This document shows, piece after piece, positions 53,201 to 64,000 of a stretch of 64,000 bases of DNA (position 1 is its first letter; every line of letters begins with the position of its first letter). Under the pieces are notes generated by a model, which was not told where the DNA came from, did not search any database, and saw only the letters and a list, made by a program, of their open reading frames with translations. Position numbers and translations under genes: made by a program. This DNA comes from Nageia nagi. Taxonomy: Eukaryota > Plantae > Pinophyta. The stretch is from assembly GCA_050084985.1 (NCBI GenBank), contig JBITNC010000001.1, positions 150,412,001 to 150,476,000 on the forward strand, read 5' to 3'.

Positions 53201-55274
53201 TATACTAAATATGAAAAAATGTACATCATTAGTAGTGTGCAATTGTTACAAATCTTTTTTAAATAGGGCATGTTGAAATTTTACTTAAAATTTGCTCATT
53301 ATGATAAACTCTTTGTCCATATGAAATGTTCTATAAATAAAGATCAAAATTGTTGAAGACATGATCGTAAATGTTTAGATATACCACATTGTCAATGACA
53401 TGTATTAGTTTGAAAATTCATGTAAATCATAGTATTGAAATATAAGGCCATTGAATGTTTGAATATATGGTATATTTATAGATATTGAATACTATTGTTC
53501 ATTGTTATATAACAAATATTGTCAAAGCCATGGTCACTCCATGAGTAACATCTCTTATCAATTTTAGGATTATTGCAAGCTTGAGTCATTAAAAGTTCTC
53601 ATCAACTTGGTATTTTTAGACTATGAATTGTTTATCATAGTAGTCTATACATTTTGGATATTACAAGGCCAGGGTATTAAAGAGGATCTCATGCACTTGC
53701 TCTTCGTAGACTATGAGTTGTATGTCATAGTAGTCTATACATATCATAGTTTATAACATTATGAGTCGCATCAACCATAGTGACACACTACATATTATAC
53801 TTATTTCATCCTTGCTATTTACAATATTTATTATTTCATGGATGTGCTCTATGCAGGTATATGTTGCTTTGTTCTGTAGATATTGATCGGTTGAGTAGGA
53901 TTGGCATAGACTACTCACCTCATGTAGGGACTCCTATTTTTGGCTTGCTTACCTGTTGCAACATGAGCTAGGGGAAACCAAGATCGAAATGGGGGAAAAG
54001 AACATACCATACTTGACATAATGATCGAAACAAGGAAGTTCGCTTTACTATTAAAAATTTTCTTCTCTTCTCTAAACTTCTTTGGACTATGCAATTTCAA
54101 TGCTTTTCATTACATATCCAAAGAGGGGGAAAATGTAGATGCCTAAAAATGATTTATTATTTATTTAATAAATCATATTTAGACTCACTAAATGATTAAT
54201 TGGAAATAATACATAAATAAAGATAAAGTGTTATTATATTGCAATACCATGTGCTAGGACCAATGCAATATCATATACCATGGGTTATATTTTAAATTAT
54301 CTTGATTATAGAAAAGATTATGATTATTTCTATGTTGGCTTTCACTCAAATTATTTTTCTTACAAGTTATAAATATGGTAGGTGAAGGTTGACATCCCTA
54401 TCAGATCTCTTTGATAGGTGGTTGTCCCAAATATCAAACTTACAATGTCTCTTGATGCCACCTATCTTGAGAAATTTGTTATACTCTCTTAGCTATGTTA
54501 TCTCTCCTTTGCACATGATATGAAATATCAAGTTCCATGTAGCTAACAGTATATCATTGCCACATAGCTAGTAGTGTGTGCTCTTTAGATCAAGTGGTCC
54601 ATATTTTAGTGAACGACTCATGGTCTCATTCTAGATAATATTTATTATGAGCTTGTTTGAAGTTTGATCATAATACTCTAAAGATTCATTATTGTTCTAC
54701 CTTGAGGATTGTACACAAAATAACTACTTGCTCCACTCTATATCAAGTTCATGTGTTTCATGTATATTCATTATATATTTGATATAGAGCTTATCATTGT
54801 ATTCATAGACCAATTTATTTATTTGTGTATTTATTTATTAATTACATATTTTTGGGTCTACAATAAGACATTTTAATTTGGAAAAATGGAGGACTTGATC
54901 TATATCTAGAAAGAAATAAAGAAACAAAGATGTGTTTAAAATGAATATCATAGTAGAAAAACCTTTTTTGAAATAGTAGGTGAAAAGCATGGCAAATACA
55001 TTTGTGATTGAAAAATAATGTTGAATATATATAGGTACCTACTGATATACATATTTATACTATTATGGGGAGAGAATATTCTTCATTCTCCTATTTTTTG
55101 ATAGTTCATATCTATAGTATCATACCATAAATACAAAAATATTTTTCATCCATGTCAAGTATTATGATGTTCTCAAATTTCATGGACAATATCCTATTGT
55201 TAAGGTTTTAGAGATCTTATAAAACTCTAATTTTTTATTAATAAAATTTACCCTATTAATAAAAGAAATAGATA
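50262..55274 (+). mobile_element. Fragment of another retroelement (lysine-rich accessory ORF remnant, PPT and short LTR-like end) inserted in the integrase tail
   Basis: Both junctions share atattcatgta. ORF remnant NFPFFIML..IPFHQVLIKIVYE (50396..50590). Purine tract ggggagagaa near 55067. Classification uncertain. Confidence 0.5.
51263..54862 (+). mobile_element. Non-coding two-LTR element (LARD-like), 3.6 kb
   Basis: LTRs at 51263-~51990/52013 and 54134-54862, both starting tgtagatgcctaaaaatg. Exact TSD ATAAG at 51258-51262 and 54863-54867. PPT aagagggggaaaa at 54121-54133. No PBS or pol motif between the LTRs. Confidence 0.88.
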
Positions 55275-57918
55275 TTCATGTAGGTAGGTAGATTCAATCT
55301 AAATGCATTCTCATTCACTCAATAATATTAAATGGTCCACATCTTATAGGTTTCAACCTCTTAGTTGGTCCTTGCAACCTCTCCTTACTGAGATATAAAC
55401 AAACTTTATTTGCCACTTGGAACTTATGGTCAACTCTATGCTTATCATTGTACTTAGATTGGCTAGCTTTTAGTTGTTCTTGTTATACCTTCAAATGAAT
55501 ATACCTAATTTTATCAATAAATTTTTCATCTTATACTTCTTCTTTCAATATTGAATCTTCTTTTTCCATTTGCTACCCAAAAATACAATCAAAAATTGAT
55601 GATGGAAGGTAACCAAAATATGTCTAAAATGGTATTTTATTCATAGAAGTACATAAATTTCCTTATTGTAATAATGTTGGATATACTCAATATGCTCATC
55701 CCAATTCTTTGGATGCTTTACATAATACCCTCTCAAGAGTTGAACTATTATCCTATTCACCACCTCAATTTTTTCATCAGTTTGAGAACGAAAATTAATA
55801 CTTCTTTTCAAATTTGTGTCCATCCTTTCCCAAAAACATATCCAAACTTTACATAAAAATCTACAATCTCTATTTGAAATAATAGAAGTATACAATCCAA
55901 AATGAATCCATACAAAGAAAAGGTATGTTGCTTCTTGTCTCATAATGGTATTCTTACATGGGATTAAAACACAAATCTTGATAAATATATCTACTACTAA
56001 AATACATAATCATGTATTTTCTTGTTCATAGATAATCCACCTATAAAATCCATGGAAATACTCTTTGAAGGGTGATTTAGAATTAGAAGTGGTATATACA
56101 AACCCACTTTCCTGTTACTAGGTTTTCTAGTATAACACATCACATATCCTCTAATGTACTTTGCAACTTGATCTTGCATTTTAAACTAATACACATGCCT
56201 TTACAAATTAGCAACTATCTTTCTAACTATGAAAAGTTTAACAATTCTAGATGTGTGTGCCTCTTTGATTAGTTGAATTCTCTCTCCTTTAAGAATACAT
56301 AAATTATTGAACTTTTAAAGAATTCCATCTTTGATATGAAATCATCCTTTCCCTCATAATCTAATTTTGTTGACTATTTCAACTTTCGACAAACCTCCTT
56401 ATAATTTGAATCTAACAAATATGCCTCCTAGTATGTCCCATGGATGAATAGATACCAATTCATGACTATTTCAAAAACCAAATTCCTTTGTTGTAATGGA
56501 ATTGATAATGTAAAATATACATAATAGGGAATTAATATTATGAATGTTGTAATTCAAGGTTTGGAAAGAATGTTTACAATTAGCTTGTTCATGATTTCTT
56601 TATTATAGTTAATGATCAGCTGTAATTATTGTAGAAAATTCATCCAATGAAAATATATTTTTTTTTACAATTGTGATTTTGTTTGTTAATATTGTAATGG
56701 TTAATGATTAGTATGTATAATTATCTCCTTTCCCATAAAATAATGTTTCTATTTCTTCACCACTTGAACCAATGTAAACCAATCCTTGTCATATGTAAGA
56801 TAGTTTGAAATTTCCCTACTAAACTTCTCAAAATGATAGAAAATAGGTCTCCTTTCTTACATCAAAATTGCACCATGGCATACTCACTTGTATTAGTTTC
56901 AATTTCAAAAGGTTATTTCAAATTAGGAAGTGCCAAAATAGGATCATTGGTAATATTTTTTTGTAGCAAGTCAAAATGTGTTTGTTTCTTCTTTCCCCAT
57001 TGAAAACCTTTTCTCATTCTTGTAATGTCATGCAATGGAAAATAAATAATTTAAAATTAATAAATAAACTTTCTAAGGTATTGAACAACATTTAAGAAAC
57101 TTCTTTTCTCATTCACATTGCTTGGCCTAGGCCACTCCATAATGGCTATAACTTTCTCGGGATCAATTAAAAGTTTTCCCTCACCAACAATATATCTTAA
57201 CTACATCAAAGATTGCTTACCAAAATCACACTTACTAATCTTTAGTAGAAACGTTTCTTTTTGCAAAGTTTATAGAATTTGGTTAAGATGTACTAAATGA
57301 TCTTCCCAAGTTTTACTATATACAAGAATATCATCTAAATAAATAATAAAATTATCAATGAATGGTATGATAACTTCATTTAATACCCTCATAAAAGTGG
57401 TTGGTGAATTATGTAAACTAAATGGAGAAATAAACCACTCATATAGGCCTTGTCTTGTCTTGAAGATATTCTTCCAAATTTCCTCTTCCTTAAGTCTCAC
57501 TTGATGATATCCACTTGTCAAGTCTAACATGAAAAAGTACCTTTCCCCTTATAAATGATCTATAATATCACCTATCTAAGGAAATGGATAATGATTCTTA
57601 ATTATGATCTTGATAAACACCCTGTAATAAATGCAAATGGTATCTTCATCTAATATTATCAAACCAATGATATCGATAATATGGAAGTTATAAAGTACAA
57701 TATATATGTTGTCTAACCTATAGAATTAGTATTAGAAGATCTAAGCATCAACATGATTAACTTTTTACTTACATTAATCAGTTATTTTGCCTACTAGTGT
57801 TAACCAATGGAATCCATTTCTTACTTTTATGGTCATAAACATAATAGGATATTCCATATTTAATCAACCTATACTGATTTCTTCTTATAAAATAAATGGC
57901 ATCTATATACCCTAAATA

Positions 57919-57919
<1 letters not shown>

Positions 57920-57954
<35 letters not shown>
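57920..57954. repeat. Compound microsatellite (TA)n(CA)n
   Basis: About 9 TA followed by about 8 CA, within the Gypsy protease region. Confidence 0.95.
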
Positions 57955-58635
57955 TACATAAATAATAACTTCATCAATAAATTTTGCATTGATAGGAAAC
58001 TTTAACTTACACTATGTAGTAACTTACAACTTGACATCATTGTGAACCCATTCCAAAGGATATGGATGGGGATGGTTTTAGGTCTTGAATCTTATCTTAT
58101 TCATCAAAATATTAACAATCATATTTTCTTATGATCCTATATCAATAATGGAATCAATTATAGTCTTCTTAGCTTGAATATTGTGATGAAATAATTATGT
58201 ATTATCCTTTATATCCTTGGAGTCCCCAACTATTTGTACTGCTACATAATTAATTTTTTCATCCACATTAGAACTATATTTAACATCTTAACTCTTGGTA
58301 ATCATAATAATATTATTTTTTGGGTTCTTCTTTTGATAAGGATATAATTCTCAATGAAGCTTCCAACACATATATTCCACATGCTCATCCTTATCACAAT
58401 GTGAAAAATGCCTTTTAACATCATCTTTCTTTATTGTGTCAGTGGTATTATTATCTTATTACTTTCCCTTACCCCGATCTTGAAATTTTTCCTTCTATTT
58501 TTGACCTTTCTAATTTTGATTTTTATTAGATATATCACCATATTACTTATATTACCCATATGCTTAAAAATATTAAGTTTGAATACTCACTTGCTCAAGA
58601 TTTGTATAATCAAACAACATCCTAGTCCTTCTCAA

Positions 58636-61600
58636 TGTCAACATTAGATATAAACTCTGACTTGATTAATGAAAAATAGTAATAGTTACAATATTTATAG
58701 ATTAGTAGAGGTGGTTACTCAACCAACTTCCATGTTTGTCGCAACTAACAAAAAAACTAATCTTCCATGATGCTAATTAAGCTCATCATAATAACCAACT
58801 AATTACACTTATTAATATTTAAATATTTACAAATACCATTATATAGATTATGGTTTAACATTCCCTCTTAATCTGAAGGGGTATTTGTAAATCCAAGCAT
58901 CATTCTAAACTTTTATCTTCCAGTCGTCTTGGTAAAGATATTTACAATTTATTCTTAAGTGGAACAATATTTCACCCAAATTTTCTTGACCTATACATGA
59001 TGTCAAATCAAATGATACTTCATATTGATGTGCTTTATTTGATCATGAAACTTTGGATTATTAGATAATTTAATTCCATAAGTATTATCAATTAAAAATG
59101 AAGTAGGGAGCACTTTTTTCTCCTACAAATCTTCCAGTATCTTCCTAATCTACATAATTTATTTTATTACCTCTACAATAACCACATATTCTACCTCAGT
59201 TGTGGAATTTATTGGTACTGATTATTTTCATGACCTCTAGGAAATAATTGTTGATTCAAGACTCATAAGATATCCTTAAGTTGAAGCTCCATTCTCCTTA
59301 TCACCAACAAAGTCTAAATCAAAATACCTAAACAATTTGAAGTCTCCTACCTTGGAATATTTTAGCCTAAAATCTTGAGTTTCTTTCAAATATCGAAGAA
59401 CTCCCTTCGCTACTAACCAATGACCTTCACAAGGTGAGTGCATAGACTAAGAAAGAATTCTAACCACAAATGAAATGTTAAGTTTGTTAGTGGCTATATA
59501 AATGATACTTCCTATCAATTATCTATATTTAGTAGCATCCTCAATCTAATTTCACTTAATCTGATTTCCCTCAACTAATTTCAACTTTAATTTATGTTCC
59601 ATTGAAGTAGAGAGGGGATTGCAATCTTTCACATCAAATATATTCAACAACTCTCCAATGTACTTTATTTGGGAAATGAAGATGTACCTTGGTATTTGAT
59701 TTACTTCAACACCCAAGTAGTAGTAAATAAGTCCCATGTTTGTCATTTCAAATCCTTTCTTCAACTCTTATTTCATAGATGTTATATATCTCTCATTGTT
59801 TCCTGTTATTAAAAGATCATCATGTATACCATAAGATACACAACAATGTTGCTAAATTTCTTAATAAATAGTGTTGCATCATCAAGGTCATAATGCTTGA
59901 AATTTAATTTCAAAATATATTTAGTAATCTTTTCAAATAATGCACGAGGAGCTTGCTTCAAATCATACAAAGACTTGATAAGCTTGCATACCTTATGTTT
60001 TTACCCTTCACTACAAATCCTTCTATCTATGTCATGTAAATATTTTCTTTCATATCACCATTTAGGAAAGTTTTTTTTATGTCCATATGATGAACCTTCC
60101 ACACATGTTGAGAAGCCATAGCTAACAAAGAATGAATGGTAGCCCATTTGGTTGCAGGAGAAAAAGTCTCATCATAGTCAATTCCTTCTCTCTATGAAAA
60201 ATATTTTGCAATAAGCCTCACTTTATTTTTTTCAAGTGAATAATCTTATTTTTACTTGTTTTTATAGACCCACTTGTATCCTATTGCTTTGGTTCCATAT
60301 GGAGTATCAAGCAAGTTTTAAGTTCCATTTTTTATGGGTGCATCATATTCTTTCTTCATGGCTTCTATCCAAGCATCATAAGAAATGGCTTCTTTGAAGG
60401 AAGTTAGCTCAAAATAAATATAATAATTCAATTCCATATTAAAAGGACATTTTAGATCATCAACAAAAATATCATCATTATTTCATCACCTTAAACTGAA
60501 TTTTCAATTGCTCCACTTTCATGTCTTTTTCGATAGGAACTTTGAGTTTTTATCTTTCCTATTTCATCAAGATGTACACTTTAAAATACTCTCAAGGCCT
60601 ACTTTGGAATATTTTTTTATGGTTATAATTGATCACTTGCTCAAGATGTAGATTCACTTCCATCAAGACTCAACCGATCAATTTCTTCGATCACTTCATC
60701 CAACTGACTCTCAAGTACTAGCATTGGTGAACTAGAAGAAACTACTAGAGAGGGTATTTCTAGTGCTTGTTCTTTAGGAATAAGTAATAAAAATTCTAAA
60801 TTCTAATCCAAGATAGGAATTCCCCCCTCGATATTTAGAATTTCATAACTAAATTCAAACTAATGCTTTCCATGGGTAAATAGATCAAGGTGATCAAGTT
60901 ATCGCTCAACAACATTATCACTCTTGGAATATTCAAGAAAAACGACATCTCTTGCAAAGATATACTTCTTCTTTACCTCATCATAAAGCTTGTATCCCTT
61001 GGTAGTGTGTGAATAGCCCAATAAAATACACTTTCAACTCTGATATCTAAGCTTGTCATGCTATTTCTTAGGACTAAGTGCATAATAAGAGGAACCAAAA
61101 ATCCTAAGATGACATACCAAAGGAATATGACCAAACCACATTTCAAATGGAGTCTTATCCTTAAGAGCATGAGAAGGACATCTATTTCTCAAATAAATAA
61201 AACATTGAATTGTATCCCCCCAAAATATTAACTTCACATTTTTGAAAAACAACATTGAATGAGCCATATTCAATAGTGTTCTATTCAATCTTTATGCAAG
61301 AAATAATTATTTGATGCTTGATCTTGTGTTGAAGTAAGATTTGAATTCATTAAAAGTGTATTCCCACATTATCAAAATGGAGAATACCAATACGTGTATG
61401 GGATTCATTTTCAATACTAACATGAAACTCTTTAAACTTAGAAAAAGCATCAGATTTATTTTTTAATAAAAAGGCCTAAGACATCTTAGAATAATCATCA
61501 ATGAAAGTCATAATATATCTATTGCTAGTTGCAAAAGGAAAAAAAAATGAACCACACAAATCAAAGTGAATAATTTTAGTTTTTCTACTTGCTCTCCATT

Positions 61601-63230
61601 AGGAATCTAAAAATGATTACTTGTGATTCTTTCCTAGGATACACCTGCTTCACAAGGTGCAATGTTCCTAGGGATTATAGTTAAACCCGTAAAACCTCAT
61701 TCCTTTAATAGATGAAGGTCATCAAAATTAAGGTGCTCAAATCTAACATGCCACAAAATATTAGAGGGAATTGTATCTTTTTCTTAATGGGAAAGGAATG
61801 CAAAGTTCTTTGATTTAATAGAATTTCCAATAAGCATCAACAACTTTTCATCCTCCAAACCAAGCATAATGACCTTGTTGTCAGAAGAGTCGTATCTCCA
61901 CCTTGTCATCAAATATATGGATGGAATTTTCTTATTTTTGAACAAGTACAAGGGAAAGCAAATTTCTCTACAATTCTAGAAGATAAAGAACATTTAGAAG
62001 CATAAAATCTAAAAAACCTAGTAATTTAAGCCTAATAGAACCAATTCCAAATGGCTTAAGTTTGTATCTATTTACAAAATAGACTACACCATCAATGTAT
62101 TTGTTCAATTTCTCATAGAAATCCCTCCTACAATTCATGTTATATATTTCTCCCGTATTAAGCAACCACACATCTTCCCATGATGCATATGAAAAATTTA
62201 GTATTTCACTAAGACCTACATTACATTAAGTTATAATGAATTAAGCATACGTAAAGTACTTACTTTGATCATCATATTGCTCTTTCTTTTCTTTGAATTC
62301 AATGATTTTCTCCCATGGTATATGATAGGTAGTAGATTCATAGCCCTTTCGTTCGTATCTAGTGCAATAAAGATGGGACCTCTCATTTTTTTCATCATGA
62401 CTACCTTGATTTCTACCCTTCTACCTTTGAAATTTTGATAACCATGACCTTTATTGCTACTTAATGCATGAGAAGAATTTTTAGATGTATTCTTTACTCA
62501 TTAAGCAAATCCCAAAGTGTTTGAAGTTGTTTCATTTGTCTTCTTTCCAAAATCTTTTTCACACTTTGCAATCTTATCCAATAAGGTATCGAAGGTGAGA
62601 TACCCTAACTATCCACTTTCTTGCAAGGATTCAAAATAAGTGAAATATGTGGGGTATAGGATCTTAATCAAGGCTGCAAGAGTAATATCATCATACATAA
62701 TTTCTCTAATATCAGAAATTAGTGCCATGGTATCATTGTCTTGTAACTAGAAGTTGAAGAGCTTTAACTAGAGTTGAATCAATTCCAACTCTAAATGAGA
62801 GTCATACAACTCTCACAACTTTTTAAGTTCATTCCAAACACCATTAATTAATATGATATGTATGTTGACATATTCATTGATGGAGGTAGTTATTAGGGCA
62901 TACACTTTACAATTCTTCATGTTCTAAACCATGAGCTCCTTAGTGTCGGTTAGTTTGGTGGGTGCAATTTTTCCATCACATACACCGTCCCAAAAGTTAT
63001 TGAATATAAGCATGCTCTTTATTTTTCTATACCACTATGACCAATTATTTTGTTTGTTTAAAATGACCCCAATAATATTGACTAAGGAATGCATTATGCA
63101 TTGTAAAAGAACTCAAAAGTTGTTAATCTTTGCAAAAAGATGTCTGTATAAAAATTGAAATACAACCTTTCCTATTTGAAAAAAAACTTTCTTTTCTCAG
63201 TTACAAAAAAATGACCAAGAGAATACAATA
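58636..63230 (-). mobile_element. Ty1/Copia element, 3' LTR through gag; 5' LTR and PBS not seen
   Basis: 3' LTR 58636-58860 (tgtcaac..tttaaca) plus PPT complement ttccctctt. RNase H KHINMKYHL; RT FEMTNMGLIYYYLGVEV; integrase NRTLLNMAHSML..YLRNRCP..TPFEMW; LWHVRFEHLN; protease WLLNTGEIYNM; gag region 62300-63060. Confidence 0.9.
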
Positions 63231-64000
63231 AAACTACATGTCTAAATCAATCCACATACGGTCAAGGTTCTCATGAAGATGTTAAAATTCCATCGAGTCA
63301 TTGATTTATTCAAGATCAAAATTATCATGACCACTATCATTGCTGACAATTAGGATCTTAGGAACAAATGGCTCAACCGATGCTGGTGGAGATACCTAAG
63401 AACTAGAATCGAACCTGGATGCTTCAAGATTAAGGTCAAAAATTGATCAACCGATACAACTGTAGGAGTTTACTTTTCACTATCATTTATAATAATGAGC
63501 TCAAGTTCCTATGGTGTTGGTATGTATTCTTCAACTAAATCTGGTTCAATCTCCTTTGGCTCATAATTTGCATCATTTTTGTTACTTGGAATAGATGCAC
63601 TATCAAAGTAGTCATTGTGTTCAAAACCACCATCATAATCAATTTCAAGTACAAGCTAGTTCTCAATTACATAATTTTAGAGTCTTTGAAAGGTGGTATC
63701 AAGATCAAACACATGCATGTATTCATCAAATTCTTTAGGAAATTTATTTTCCAAGAGATAGAGAAGAGTTGAGTAGCATCCTTGTGATCCTATCATTTAA
63801 TGACTCAAAAAAAAACAACCTTATATCTTCAACATTTTAAAAGCCATAAATATTTTAATACAAAATTAAAATATTTAAAAGCTTAAAATAGTTTGCATGA
63901 ACCTTATAACTCTAAAATATAATGCTATAAAAATTAAATATTTAGAACAAAATATTTTAAATGATACCAAAAATATTAAAAGTGCTCATTTAAAAAATAA

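Larger units (their letters stand above)
49202..58635 (-). mobile_element. Gypsy element (same family), 3' LTR to gag, split by the 50262-55274 insert and truncated by Copia at 58636
   Basis: 3' LTR 49202-49935 (tgatct..atatca) plus PPT complement tacctcctc. Integrase tail NAFRLNLPTYMNI (55275+) continues as YLVVNIEKFKLYEPS (before 50262). RT LDLTSGYHQVR..YLDDILVYS (57270..57530). Part of the RT N-terminus is replaced near 57640-57800. Confidence 0.87.

Noticed and set aside
18188-63158. Any intact, active gag-pol ORF
   Set aside because: All retroelement frames are broken into fragments of 171 aa or less by stops and frameshifts.
63230-64000. 5' LTR/PBS of the last Copia element
   Set aside because: No match to the 58636-58860 LTR and no PBS. 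The sequence appears to be another unclassified fragment.

Overview
Eukaryotic, AT-rich, heavily C-to-T-decayed plant nuclear DNA. The retroelement families and the Penelope-like remnant point to a gymnosperm, probably a conifer (inference). No intact protein-coding gene, rRNA, tRNA or CRISPR array is visible. About 90% of the window is nested transposable elements. Left to right: (1) a degenerate L1-type LINE with plant RNase H and a deleted RT core (~0.28-4.23 kb). (2) An old minus-strand LTR element (~4.8-14.1 kb) that hosts a Penelope-like (Dryad-type, GIY-YIG) fragment split by a solo LTR, a 2.5 kb LTR-like insert with nine ~50 bp hairpins, and a Copia-type solo LTR. (3) A hAT MITE and a short unique stretch with candidate pseudo-exons (14.1-17.5 kb). 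(4) A full-length Gypsy element (17.5-23.5 kb). (5) A deep nest from 24.8 kb to the end: Copia(+), Copia(-), an Athila/Tat-like gag-protease-RT scaffold split by three Gypsy elements with TGAT..ATCA LTRs, a CACTA element carrying telomere-like repeats and a G-rich tract, a non-coding two-LTR element, and a final Copia(-). Many boundaries are fixed by target-site duplications (TSDs) read directly from the sequence. Family assignments rest on recognised motifs, not on database searches.
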